A DNA stretch of 64,000 nt. Source: Candidatus Porisulfidus sp. TsSOB (GTDB lineage Bacteria > Pseudomonadota > Gammaproteobacteria > Poriferisulfidales > Poriferisulfidaceae). The stretch lies in NCBI GenBank assembly GCA_002631715.1, contig MRSX01000002.1, positions 152,478-216,477 of the forward strand. Direction: 5' to 3'. A program made the position numbers and the translations under genes. Below, in pieces: positions 18,819-28,155 of the stretch; positions within the stretch are counted from its first letter, which is position 1; every line of letters starts with the position of its first letter. Under the pieces are notes generated by a model, which was not told the DNA's origin, ran no database searches, and was given only the letters and a program-made list of their open reading frames with translations.

Positions 18819-19436
18819 TCAGTCCTCCTCGCCGCGCAGAAGACGACGCAGGTTCTCCTGGTGCCGGTAGACGACCACGATGCCCAAAAAGAGGCCCGCC
18901 CACACGAGATCCCAAGTCTGGTGCACCGCCCAGGCATACAACGGCAAGGCCGCACCCACCGCGATGGAGGCAGCCGACACCCGGCGATACAACACGTACC
19001 CGAACAACCAGGTCGCCAGCCCCATTGCCAGCAGCAACGGATTCAGCACCGCCATCACCCCGGCCAACGTCGCCACTCCCTTGCCGCCCTGGAAACGGTA
19101 ATAGACCGGCCATACGTGCCCGACCACCGCCATGACGGCGGCCATCACTTCCGGCGACGGCCAGGAGGAAGGGAGGCTCTCTCCAGCAAGGTAGGAGACC
19201 AGCCAAACCGCCAGCGCTCCCTTGCCGGCATCTCCGGCCAGGGTCATCGCGGCCCATCTCTTGTCCTCGCTGACCCGCAGCATGTTGGTTGCGCCTGGAT
19301 TGCCGGAACCTTCGGCGCGCGGATCTTTCAGGTTGAAGAGCCTGCTTATAATCAAAGCGCTGTTGACCGCGCCGAGCAGATAACTTCCCAGCACCACGCT
19401 CAGCAGCACAAGAAACTGGTTAACTTCAACGCTCAT
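18819..19436 (-). CDS. plsY: glycerol-3-phosphate acyltransferase PlsY
   Basis: Starting at Met9 the sequence aligns with PlsY (GSGNPGATN motif, multiple TM segments). Confidence 0.85.
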   Translation of the reverse strand: MSVEVNQFLVLLSVVLGSYLLGAVNSALIISRLFNLKDPRAEGSGNPGATNMLRVSEDKRWAAMTLAGDAGKGALAVWLVSYLAGESLPSSWPSPEVMAAVMAVVGHVWPVYYRFQGGKGVATLAGVMAVLNPLLLAMGLATWLFGYVLYRRVSAASIAVGAALPLYAWAVHQTWDLVWAGLFLGIVVVYRHQENLRRLLRGEED

Positions 19437-20169
19437 GACCAACCCGGACTCCAAAAGCAAGCCGTCGGTGATCCTGATTCACGGATTCGGATTTCATTCA
19501 TTCGTGTGGGAACCGGTCGCGACGCGGCTTGCTGCCAATTATACGGTTCGCCAGCTCACGCTCTCGGGATATGACGGAACCCCTAGCCGGTCCAATGGCT
19601 GGGATTCCGAGCAATTGGCGGAATACGAGGATGCGCATTGGGTCGGCTGGTCGATGGGCGGCCTGGTGGCGCTTTCCGCCATTGAGAGCGGGCTTTGCCC
19701 ACGTTCGCTGACCCTGCTTGCCTCGTTGCCTTGCATGGTCGAACACGAAGACTGGCCCCATGCCATCGGGACTTCGGCATTCGAAGACTTCCGCCAACGC
19801 ATCCAGCTGGACTCTGAAGCCGCAATGCGCTATTTCGCGGCCTTGGTCGCCCATGGCGACGACCAGGCCCAGCAAATCCGTAATCAACTGCAGGCCGTGC
19901 CGATTCCGGGCCGCCCGACTCTCGAACGGGGTCTGGACCTGCTCGAACACACGGATCTGCGCGAGACATGGATCCAATGTCGGGCCCCGCAACAATGCAT
20001 CTTGGGAGAACGCGACGCGCTGATTCCGGCGGACGCGGGCCAGACCCTGCGCACCTTGCGCCCCGAAGCCCGTTTCGACCTCGTCCCCCGATCCGGGCAT
20101 GCCCTGCCGCTGTCGGAACCGGACCGGTGTGCCGAATTGATGCGCACATTCTGGGAGTCACTCGGATGA
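19435..20169 (+). CDS. bioH: pimeloyl-[acyl-carrier protein] methyl ester esterase
   Basis: Alpha/beta hydrolase with VILIHGFG and GWSMGG; ATGA-coupled to bioC. Confidence 0.8.
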   Translation: MTNPDSKSKPSVILIHGFGFHSFVWEPVATRLAANYTVRQLTLSGYDGTPSRSNGWDSEQLAEYEDAHWVGWSMGGLVALSAIESGLCPRSLTLLASLPCMVEHEDWPHAIGTSAFEDFRQRIQLDSEAAMRYFAALVAHGDDQAQQIRNQLQAVPIPGRPTLERGLDLLEHTDLRETWIQCRAPQQCILGERDALIPADAGQTLRTLRPEARFDLVPRSGHALPLSEPDRCAELMRTFWESLG

Positions 20170-21014
20170 ACGAGCCGGACCGCGCCCGGCAGGCAAGACT
20201 GCGCCGGAGATTCGACCGCGCGGCGGCTCGCTACGACGAGTGCGCAGGCGTACAACGCGAAATTACCCATCGGCTGCTTGAACGGCTGGACCTGGTCCAG
20301 TTGGATCCCGGATGCGTGGTGGACCTGGGTGCCGGTACCGGGGACGGAACGGTGCAGTTGCACCAGCGCTACCCCCAGGCTCGGGTTCTTGCGGTCGACT
20401 TCTCGCAAGCCATGCTGCGGCAGGGTCAAAAGCGCGAACTGGCCGGCTCTTCTGTCGTGGCTGACGCGTTTCACCTGCCTTTCGCACCCGGCACGGCCGA
20501 CTTGGTGTTTTCAAGCTCTACTTTGCAGTGGTGTGTACCACTGGCCGAGGTTCTGCGGGAGATCAGCCGCGTGCTACGCCCCGACGGATTGCTGATGTTC
20601 TCGACCTATGGCCCGGACACCCTGCAGGAATTGCATGCCGCGCAACAAGCGGCAGGCATGGAAGGCGGCGTCAACGAGTTCAGCGACATGCACCCCATCG
20701 GTGACCTGCTGCTGGAAGAAGGCTACCAGGATCCGGTTCTTGATGTCGAGCGCTTGGATGTTTCCTATGCGTCGGTTCGAGACCTGATGATTGAACTTAA
20801 GGGCATCGGCTCAAGTCGTATCGAATCCCCGGCCGCACAGCCCTGCACCCGGCATCAGTGGCAAGCCTTGGCCGACGCCTATCCAACCGACGATCAGGGG
20901 CGGATTCACGCGACTTACGAGGTCATTTTCGGGCATGCCCTCGCGCCTGTTTCGCACACTCGTGGCAAAACCGCCACGATCCCGGTCACGGCCGTCGGTC
21001 GGCAAGTCCGATAG
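20166..21014 (+). CDS. bioC: malonyl-[acyl-carrier protein] O-methyltransferase
   Basis: SAM-MTase motif VVDLGAGTG, BioC-like N-terminus (FDRAAARYDECAGVQRE). The start overlaps the bioH stop. Confidence 0.8.
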   Translation: MNEPDRARQARLRRRFDRAAARYDECAGVQREITHRLLERLDLVQLDPGCVVDLGAGTGDGTVQLHQRYPQARVLAVDFSQAMLRQGQKRELAGSSVVADAFHLPFAPGTADLVFSSSTLQWCVPLAEVLREISRVLRPDGLLMFSTYGPDTLQELHAAQQAAGMEGGVNEFSDMHPIGDLLLEEGYQDPVLDVERLDVSYASVRDLMIELKGIGSSRIESPAAQPCTRHQWQALADAYPTDDQGRIHATYEVIFGHALAPVSHTRGKTATIPVTAVGRQVR

Positions 21015-21059
21015 GCCCGCATGGGCATACAATAAGCGGATACGCCAATTTTCCCAGAC

Positions 21060-21548
21060 ATGGCCGATCTGACGCACTTCAACGCCCAGGGCGAAGCCCA
21101 TATGGTCGATATTTCAGAGAAAGAATCCACACACCGCGTAGCGGAAGCGGAAGGGCGCATCCTGATGCAGGCGGAAACCCTGGAGCAGATTCGAGGAGGA
21201 ACCCACCGCAAGGGCGATGTGCTTGGCATTGCGCGAACCGCGGGCATCATGGCCACCAAGCGAACCGCAGAACTGATTCCACTGTGCCATCCACTGTCCC
21301 TGACCCATGCATCAGTCGAGTTCGAACTGGAGGACCAGCCTCCTGCCGTACGTTGCCTCGCGCGCTGCGAAACCAAGGGACCCACCGGGGTCGAGATGGA
21401 AGCCCTGACGGCGGTGCAGGTTTCGCTGCTGACCATTTACGACATGTGCAAGGCCGTCGACCGGGGAATGCGTATCCAGGGGGTCGGGCTGCTGCGCAAG
21501 TCCGGGGGTCGCTCGGGAGACTGGGCGCGCGAAACCGCCTCGTCCTAG
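21060..21548 (+). CDS. moaC: cyclic pyranopterin monophosphate synthase MoaC
   Basis: [18 protein letters not shown]...[14 protein letters not shown] are typical MoaC motifs. Confidence 0.9.
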   Translation: MADLTHFNAQGEAHMVDISEKESTHRVAEAEGRILMQAETLEQIRGGTHRKGDVLGIARTAGIMATKRTAELIPLCHPLSLTHASVEFELEDQPPAVRCLARCETKGPTGVEMEALTAVQVSLLTIYDMCKAVDRGMRIQGVGLLRKSGGRSGDWARETASS

Positions 21549-21552
21549 GCTG

Positions 21553-23655
21553 ATGCTGTTCAGGCTTCTGCGTTACACCGCCTTCGGCATCCTGACGCTG
21601 GTGCTTGCGGGCCTGTTGGCACTCAGCTACTTGGTGCTGACGTTCGAACCCGACGATTACCGGGACGACCTCATCAATCTAGTGGAGGAACAGACCGGGC
21701 GGGCATTTACCATCGACGGAAGCCTAGACCTGCACCTGAACCCGCCACTGGTCGGCTTCGAGGTTCATGACATATCGTTCGACAACCCTCCAGGGTTCGG
21801 GCAGGAGCCGATGCTGACCGCGAAACGCGTCGAAGCATACCTGCAAGTCATCCCGTTGCTGCTCGGCGAACTACGCATTCGCTCCGTACTTCTGGACGGA
21901 CTGCAGTTGCGGCTGCGGCGAAAGTCGAACGGACACACCAACTGGTCCGACCTGCTCGCCGACAAGGATGCCCCTAGCCCCGGCCCAAGCGATCCGGGCA
22001 AAGCGACCGGCATTGATCTGGCCGAGATCCACCTGACCGACGGGACCATCGCAATCTGGGACGAACTGCGCAATCGCCGCCTGCGAGGGTCTCATCTCGA
22101 CCTGAACTTGAAGAACCTGACTTCCGGCGGCAACGTGCAGGTCGCATTGAATGGCGAGTTGATGGCCTGGCTCGACACCCGTGCCGAAAGCCGAATCAAT
22201 GCCCAAGTGCAGATGACCACCGATCTCGCCCTGAAAGATGGCGGAGAGAAAATCGCCGGGGAAGACCTGAACATGACGCTGGAGTTAACTGGACCGGCAT
22301 TCGCTTTCATGCGCATCAATCCCACCATTGAGGCCGAATCCTTCCGCTGGGACCAGGCAAGCGACACTCTTCGCCTCGATGGAACCGAGGCGACAGTCGA
22401 AGGTGCGCAGTTGCGACTCGCTCCTCTGGAGGTGAAGTCCTTGTCCGAAAAGCCGGAATTGACGGGACATGTCGAAGGAACCGGCGTCGATGTCCTGCAC
22501 TGGCTGGCCCTGTGGAACGAAGAAGTGCCAACCTTGGAAGATCCGACCGCTTTGCGGTTCCTGAAGTGGCAAGGCGATCTCAGGATCCATCCGCAGGGGG
22601 TCCAGCTGTCGGGACTGGATGCCGTGCTGGATTCCACCCCGATTCGGGGAGAACTCTCTCTCCTGGACTTCGACCGACCGCGGGTCGCCCTAGATCTGCA
22701 GGTGGGTGAAATCGACTTGGACCGTTACCTTCCTCAGGATCAGGAAGCCGAAACTGAGGAAAAACCCGATGCCGAAGATGTGGCATCGCCGAAACCAAGC
22801 AGCTTGCCGGTCGATTGGCTCCGCCAGCAAAGGCTCGTGGCGAAAGTGGCACTGGAACGCCTGCACTGGCAAGGGCTTCAATTCGCAGAAACACATGCCC
22901 AGATGACCGCCAATCAGGGGCTCTGGGAAGTCGAGTCGCTGAATGGAAGAATCAACGATGGCACGGTCGAGGCCAGTGCAGAACTGGACGTCTCTGGCGG
23001 CATCCCGTTGTATCGGCTGGACCTGAAGCTGGAACAGATGGAACTCGGCCGCATGATAGCCCTGTTCGACGAACATGGGCACACTCCCATCGAGGGCACG
23101 ACCGATCTGAATCTGGCCTTCAACGCACGCGGACACCGCATGGCTACGCTTTGGCCTTCGCTGACCGGCTTTGCCAGTTTGACCGTGCGTAACGGCGTGC
23201 TGCAGGTCGGGGGAGTCGCCCAAGCCGTAGAGGCTGCCGTTGCAGCACTGCAAGGACGCCCCAGCGAAACAACCTCCCAAGGCAAGTTGCCGTTCGACCT
23301 GCTGCTTGCGAGTTGGGATGCCAACGACGGGCGATTAACCAGTCGCGAATTGAAGCTGAATGCCGGCGCGATTTCCCTGGACGGGCTGGGTTACATCGAT
23401 CTGCCGCATTCGTCGATCGACTACCAGTTGAATGTCTGGTCCGGCGACAGCCTGCGGATCCCGGTTCGCATCCGGGGACCGTTCGACAACCTATCGCACT
23501 CCCTGGACATGTCGTCACTGGTCGAAGAACAACTGGACAAAGGGCTGGATAAGGGATTGGAATCAATCGTCGATAAGGTCGAGGAAAAAGTCGAAGAAAA
23601 AGCTGGCAAGCCCGCCGGAAAAGTTCTGCGGAAACTGCTCAAAGATCTGTTCTAA
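21553..23655 (+). CDS. asmA: AsmA-family outer-membrane assembly protein
   Basis: N-terminal TM anchor, a long repetitive beta-rich periplasmic region, AsmA-like N- and C-terminal segments; 700 aa. Confidence 0.8.
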   Translation: MLFRLLRYTAFGILTLVLAGLLALSYLVLTFEPDDYRDDLINLVEEQTGRAFTIDGSLDLHLNPPLVGFEVHDISFDNPPGFGQEPMLTAKRVEAYLQVIPLLLGELRIRSVLLDGLQLRLRRKSNGHTNWSDLLADKDAPSPGPSDPGKATGIDLAEIHLTDGTIAIWDELRNRRLRGSHLDLNLKNLTSGGNVQVALNGELMAWLDTRAESRINAQVQMTTDLALKDGGEKIAGEDLNMTLELTGPAFAFMRINPTIEAESFRWDQASDTLRLDGTEATVEGAQLRLAPLEVKSLSEKPELTGHVEGTGVDVLHWLALWNEEVPTLEDPTALRFLKWQGDLRIHPQGVQLSGLDAVLDSTPIRGELSLLDFDRPRVALDLQVGEIDLDRYLPQDQEAETEEKPDAEDVASPKPSSLPVDWLRQQRLVAKVALERLHWQGLQFAETHAQMTANQGLWEVESLNGRINDGTVEASAELDVSGGIPLYRLDLKLEQMELGRMIALFDEHGHTPIEGTTDLNLAFNARGHRMATLWPSLTGFASLTVRNGVLQVGGVAQAVEAAVAALQGRPSETTSQGKLPFDLLLASWDANDGRLTSRELKLNAGAISLDGLGYIDLPHSSIDYQLNVWSGDSLRIPVRIRGPFDNLSHSLDMSSLVEEQLDKGLDKGLESIVDKVEEKVEEKAGKPAGKVLRKLLKDLF

Positions 23656-23659
23656 ACCC

Positions 23660-24691
23660 GTGTCGTCGTTCGCCAGCCGGATCATCCGCTACCAGCGCGA
23701 ACACGGCCGACACGACCTGCCGTGGCAACGCCGACGCACGTTGTATCGCGTATGGGTCTCCGAAATCATGCTGCAGCAGACCCAAGTGGCGACCGTGGTC
23801 CCTTACTTCCGGCAGTTCATGCGACAGTTCCCGAATGTCAAACAACTGGCTGAGGCCCCTTTGGACTCCGTGCTGGCGTGCTGGTCCGGACTGGGCTACT
23901 ACGCCCGGGCACGCCATCTGCATCAGGCTGCACAAGTCATCCGCGGCTCGGGGGGACGTCTGCCGCGAACCATCGAAGACTGGATGCAGTTGCCGGGTAT
24001 CGGCCGCAGCACGGCTGGCGCTATCGTCTCACTCGCCCTGAACCAGCCGGCTCCCATGCTCGATGGCAATGCGCGACGCGTTATTGCCCGACATCAGGGC
24101 CTGCCCACGACTCCTCGTGTTGCCCTGTGGCGCGCTGTCGAGCAATTACTACCGAACCAGGATGCCGCCGCCTACACTCAAGGCCTGATGGATCTAGGGT
24201 CGCAATGCTGTACGCCGCGCGCACCCGACTGCACGCATTGCCCGTTAAGCAAGGACTGTCACTACGCCAACCACGAACCGGATGAGCAACCCAGCCGGAA
24301 GCGGTCACCACTGCCGCGTCGTGATTTCTGGGTGGCTATCGTGCAGTCCGAAGACGGGCAGGTTCTGCTGCAGCAAAGGCCGACGAACAGCATCTGGGGC
24401 GGGCTCTGGAGCCTACCGGAATACCCGGACCGGAGTGCGGCGCAGCGCTGGGCCCGGAACTGCGGGGAAAAACTGGAGTGGCAGGAAGACCCTCCCCTGA
24501 CCCATCGCCTGAGCCACTTGGAACTTTGCCTTCACCCCCTGCGAATCCGGATCCGGAATTCGGATCGCGAAAGTTTCCAGAAAAGCGGGCGCTGGTTCGA
24601 CCCAGAGCAATTGACCGTCGGTGTGGCAACCCCGATCATGAAACTGATACGGCGCGAAACTGTATCTCGAACCTTATCGGTTCAAGGCTGA
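23660..24691 (+). CDS. mutY: A/G-specific adenine DNA glycosylase
   Basis: GTG at 23660 gives a MutY-like N-terminus (IIRYQREHGRHDLPWQ...). It has the HhH-GPD motif, a 4Fe-4S cluster loop (CTPRAPDCTHCPLSKDC) and a C-terminal NUDIX-like domain. Confidence 0.9.
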   Translation: MSSFASRIIRYQREHGRHDLPWQRRRTLYRVWVSEIMLQQTQVATVVPYFRQFMRQFPNVKQLAEAPLDSVLACWSGLGYYARARHLHQAAQVIRGSGGRLPRTIEDWMQLPGIGRSTAGAIVSLALNQPAPMLDGNARRVIARHQGLPTTPRVALWRAVEQLLPNQDAAAYTQGLMDLGSQCCTPRAPDCTHCPLSKDCHYANHEPDEQPSRKRSPLPRRDFWVAIVQSEDGQVLLQQRPTNSIWGGLWSLPEYPDRSAAQRWARNCGEKLEWQEDPPLTHRLSHLELCLHPLRIRIRNSDRESFQKSGRWFDPEQLTVGVATPIMKLIRRETVSRTLSVQG

Positions 24692-24739
24692 CTATAATCT
24701 TATGGGCCCAGTAATCGACCCCAGCAAGAGAAATGCAAC

Positions 24740-25627
24740 ATGAAAGCGATGACTTGGCCCGGCACCCCTGTCTTTAGCGCCCTGACCCTGACGGCAATCC
24801 TCGCCTATTCTCCGGCCCCCGTCTTTGCGGCGCAGGAAGGAATCTACCTCGGGGTTTCTGCCGCGGCGGAAGAGCTGGACGTGTCGGTTTTCAAAACCAT
24901 CGACAACACGCCCGACGGAAACATGACCTTGTCCCAGGGCAAGATCTTCACGGACCGGGACTCCGACACCAAGACAGCAAGCGGATTCGGAATCGTGCTC
25001 GGGTACCAATGCCCTCTCCACTACGGAAGCCTGTACTGGAGCGGCGAAATCAACTTGGCCTATCACAGCGGGAAAGCGCGAGGCAGGATGGAAGGAACCG
25101 AGGATGTTGCAGCGCGGAAAACCCACAACGACGCGACCGACCCAGACCTCCCGGCTTTTTCGGTCGGCCCGCAAACCGGCGAGAACTGGCCGGAACGCTG
25201 GACCTTCGAGAAAGACTACAGCTATGGCGTGACGCTCAGGCTGGGCGGGCGGCCGGAATTCCTGACCTCCGCGCTCGGCCCGGACGCCGGACTCTATGTT
25301 CTGGCTGGCGTGCGCCGAGTCGAGGCCGAGTACGTGAACACCGGAACCGGTTGTTTCGAAACTCCCCCGACGCTCTGTACAAGCGATGAGGATTTCAGCC
25401 CCAGCGTCGTCCGGACCGACCGGGACTACACTGCTTGGACCCTGGGAATAGGAGTGCATGCGGCGATTGCGGAGCAAGTCGGCCTGCAAATCGAAACCTA
25501 CTACATGGATTACGATTCGGAATCTCTGGTTCAGCTCGACGGGACAGAAGACCTGCGGGTGCGCGCCATGCATGAACCGGACGCCGAGGAAATCGGCCTG
25601 AGAATGAGATTGCTGCGGTATTTTTAA
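24740..25627 (+). CDS. outer-membrane beta-barrel protein (paralogue 1 of a tandem pair)
   Basis: Signal peptide, amphipathic beta-strand periodicity, C-terminal LRMRLLRYF ending in aromatic Phe. It has a Cys pair in a predicted loop. Confidence 0.6.
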   Translation: MKAMTWPGTPVFSALTLTAILAYSPAPVFAAQEGIYLGVSAAAEELDVSVFKTIDNTPDGNMTLSQGKIFTDRDSDTKTASGFGIVLGYQCPLHYGSLYWSGEINLAYHSGKARGRMEGTEDVAARKTHNDATDPDLPAFSVGPQTGENWPERWTFEKDYSYGVTLRLGGRPEFLTSALGPDAGLYVLAGVRRVEAEYVNTGTGCFETPPTLCTSDEDFSPSVVRTDRDYTAWTLGIGVHAAIAEQVGLQIETYYMDYDSESLVQLDGTEDLRVRAMHEPDAEEIGLRMRLLRYF

Positions 25628-25637
25628 TCTTAGCCAG

Positions 25638-26498
25638 ATGAAGCTGTTCAAACGTTCGGGGGATTTTTCCGTTTTGGCCTGCGTAGTGGCGCTGGCCGGT
25701 GCGCCTGGTTTTTCTTCCGCCATGGAAGAAGGGTTCTACATGGGGCTTTCCGCCTCTGCAGAGAATCTGGACGTCACCCCCTCCCGAATCACGGACAACA
25801 CGCATTCCATGAACGCGACCACTTCCCGTGGCCGGACTTTTTCCACCCGGGATTCCGATACCCAGACAACCAGCGGATTCGGTATCCTGGCCGGCTACAC
25901 CTTCTGCCCAAGCAATCGGGAACTGTATTTGAGCGCTGAAATCGACTTGGCCTATCACGGTGGCAAGGCGCGGGGAAGACTAGCGTGGATCAAGGATTCC
26001 GTGCTCCGGGCAGGCGCAAACAACGTACCCGACTGGCCGCAATCCGGCGAAGGCTGGCCGGACGACTGGACGTTTGAGCAAAACCGCAGCTACGGCCTGA
26101 CCCTCAGACTGGGCGGGCAACCGGATTTCCTGATCTCCATGCTTGGGCCGGACTCCGGGCTTTACGTTTTGGCCGGCGTCCGTCGCATTGAGGCGGAGTA
26201 CTCTCTTTCCTTCGAGGGCTGCCCCGAGGACGACGGCTGTCCCGACGGGAGAGAAGACGAGTCTTATGCCCAAGGGTCCGACCGGACCGACACGGACTAT
26301 ACCGCCTGGACTGCGGGGCTCGGGCTACACACCCCGGTCGGGGACCGGCTCGGGATGCAGGTCGAAATGTACTACACCAACTATGAGGAAGAGAACCTGT
26401 TGCTTCTGGACGACAAGGGTCCGCCTCACATTCGAGTCGTGCATTCGCCGGATGCTGATGGAATCGGTTTGCGATTGCGGCTGCTGCGATATTTCTGA
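25638..26498 (+). CDS. outer-membrane beta-barrel protein (paralogue 2 of a tandem pair)
   Basis: Collinear with the upstream gene (GFGI(V/L)LGY, SGEINLAYHSGKARGR versus SAEIDLAYHGGKARGR, GLYVLAGVRR(V/I)EAEY, identical LRLRLLRYF end). Confidence 0.6.
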   Translation: MKLFKRSGDFSVLACVVALAGAPGFSSAMEEGFYMGLSASAENLDVTPSRITDNTHSMNATTSRGRTFSTRDSDTQTTSGFGILAGYTFCPSNRELYLSAEIDLAYHGGKARGRLAWIKDSVLRAGANNVPDWPQSGEGWPDDWTFEQNRSYGLTLRLGGQPDFLISMLGPDSGLYVLAGVRRIEAEYSLSFEGCPEDDGCPDGREDESYAQGSDRTDTDYTAWTAGLGLHTPVGDRLGMQVEMYYTNYEEENLLLLDDKGPPHIRVVHSPDADGIGLRLRLLRYF

Positions 26499-26521
26499 CT
26501 TACCGAGACGTTTCACAGAAC

Positions 26522-27292
26522 GTGCCCTTCTCGGCGTTCCGAGGTCCTCTTCTGCGGCAGTGCAGGACTTCCCTCTGCATTATTCTTGCCGCCAGCTTAC
26601 ACACCCCGACCGTCTCGGCCGAAACCTGGCGCGGCCTGGTCGTCGAGCCGGAAGATCGTTGCTCGCCCTACCGGAGCAACGACTATTCCTATCCACAGTC
26701 GGTCGAACCTAAAATCGTCACCGAACTCGGAAAAATCTACAGCCCTTACACCGGGCAGTGTTTCGGCAGCATTCGACAAACCGACATCGAACATATCGTG
26801 GCTCGTTCCGAAGCGCATGACAGCGGGCTGTGCCGCGCAGACATTGCCACCCGAAAAAGATTCAGTTCCGATCTTCTTAATCTGACGCTGGCAAGCCCCA
26901 CGCTCAATCGACAACAGAAACGCGCCTACGATGCGGCTGAATGGATGCCCGAAATCAATCGCTGCTGGTTCGCCAATCGCGTGCTTCAAGTGCGCCTCAA
27001 GTACGGGCTGAGCATCGATCGGCGCGAGGCTGAAGCCCTGGAGCGGACCCTTTCCGCTTGCACGACGGTCGGAATCGAGAAATCGGACTGCGTTGCCGTG
27101 TCCGACCTCCCGGCTTCCCGTCCCGCAGCCTCTTCAGAGGACGCGGAGGCCCTGCGCCTTTGGGACGACAACCGGAACGGAAGAATTACCTGCCGCGAGG
27201 CGCGCTGCCACGGAATTGCGCCCGTGCCGCGTGGGCATCCCGCCTATCCGTTCATGCACGATGGTGACGGCGACGGCGTGGTCTGTGAATAA
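26522..27292 (+). CDS. secreted protein with DUF1524/GmrSD-C-like HNH (His-Me finger) nuclease motif and C-terminal Excalibur Ca-binding domain
   Basis: Signal peptide. TDIEHIVARSEAHDSG resembles the DUF1524 catalytic motif. The C-terminal WDDNRNGRITCREARCHG...HDGDGDGVVCE matches the Excalibur DxDxDG...CE signature. It is Cys-rich. Confidence 0.6.
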   Translation: MPFSAFRGPLLRQCRTSLCIILAASLHTPTVSAETWRGLVVEPEDRCSPYRSNDYSYPQSVEPKIVTELGKIYSPYTGQCFGSIRQTDIEHIVARSEAHDSGLCRADIATRKRFSSDLLNLTLASPTLNRQQKRAYDAAEWMPEINRCWFANRVLQVRLKYGLSIDRREAEALERTLSACTTVGIEKSDCVAVSDLPASRPAASSEDAEALRLWDDNRNGRITCREARCHGIAPVPRGHPAYPFMHDGDGDGVVCE

Positions 27293-27313
27293 CGAACTGA
27301 GGGCGGGGCGGGA

Positions 27314-27589
27314 TCAGCGGTAAAACTCCACGTAGAAACGAACCTTACCGAGCGCCTTGACTTCGTGTGCAATCTCCGGTTCTACAATCCCGGGTGTCTG
27401 CGGTGAAAGTTCCTCGTCCCAGGCCTCGGGCTCCAGGATACGGTAACGCAACCGGCCTTCCAAGACGACGATTTTCCCCCAGATCCCCGCACTGGTTCGG
27501 TGCTCTTTCTTGAGGTTCTTCGGTATCGAGTCTTCTGTAAATTCGGGGGACTGAGCGAAACTTGAAACTTCTGCAGGCAGGGTTTTCAT
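27314..27589 (-). CDS. DUF1971 (YeaR/TehB-C-terminal-like) domain protein
   Basis: SPEFTEDSIPKNLKKEHRTSAGIWGKIVVLEGRLRY resembles E. coli YeaR TPFWNKQTAPAGIFERHLDKGTRPGVYPRLSVMHGAVKY. Confidence 0.5.
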   Translation of the reverse strand: MKTLPAEVSSFAQSPEFTEDSIPKNLKKEHRTSAGIWGKIVVLEGRLRYRILEPEAWDEELSPQTPGIVEPEIAHEVKALGKVRFYVEFYR

Positions 27590-27786
27590 CGCAATAACTC
27601 CTCATTTTGCTCCTGTTTCAGGTCACCAGTGGACATTGCAGGTCGGGCACGAGTGCTCCTATCACGTGCGTCCTGGGGCGACAGTCTGTGCAATAGCATA
27701 GCCCGTCGAAATCCTGCACGCAATCATTATCGCCCTCGCATTTATAATTACGGGCTCCATCAACCTACTTGCGAATTCATCCGACA

Positions 27787-28059
27787 ATGTCCCGAATGGT
27801 TCAATGCGTCAAACTCGGCCGTGAAGCCGAGGGTCTGGAGCGGATGCCCTACCCGGGGCCGCTCGGGCAGCGCATCTTCGACGAAGTCTCGGCCGAGGCC
27901 TGGAGCGGCTGGCTGCGCCACCAGACCATGCTGATCAACGAATACCGACTGACCCCGGTCGATCCCAAGGCGCGAAAATTCCTTGAGGAAGAAATGGAAA
28001 AGTATTTCTTCGGAGAAGGCTCTGAAAAACCGAAGGAATTCGTCGAACCGGAAAGTTAA
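27787..28059 (+). CDS. yggX: Fe(2+)-trafficking / oxidative-damage protection protein YggX
   Basis: [35 protein letters not shown]...QTMLINE aligns with E. coli YggX. Confidence 0.85.
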   Translation: MSRMVQCVKLGREAEGLERMPYPGPLGQRIFDEVSAEAWSGWLRHQTMLINEYRLTPVDPKARKFLEEEMEKYFFGEGSEKPKEFVEPES

Positions 28060-28091
28060 CCCGGCAGTTTGGTCACAGCGCCCCCACGCCG

Positions 28092-28109
28092 TTGTAATCA
28101 AACTGAAAC
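28092..28109 (+). promoter_or_regulatory. putative Pho box upstream of pstC
   Basis: TTGTAAT-caaa-CTGAAAC: two 7-nt CTGTCAT-like repeats separated by 4 nt, about 45 nt upstream of pstC. Confidence 0.3.
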
Positions 28110-28155
28110 ATAACGCCGAAATAATGTCTCTTTCCTAGAGGCCCGGTGTTCCCAG

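Noticed and set aside
17805-19574. 589-aa ORF on the plus strand
   Set aside because: It runs antisense through the YbiB-like gene, straight across the tRNA-Gly gene and plsY, so it cannot be a real CDS.
20858-21553. 231-aa plus-strand ORF
   Set aside because: It overlaps the bioC 3' end and all of moaC in another frame and has an Arg/Gly/Ala-rich composition. It is spurious.
24692-25723. 343-aa ORF on the minus strand
   Set aside because: It is entirely antisense to the first OMP gene (24740-25627), which has a signal peptide and C-terminal beta-signal. This is a high-GC partner-strand artefact.
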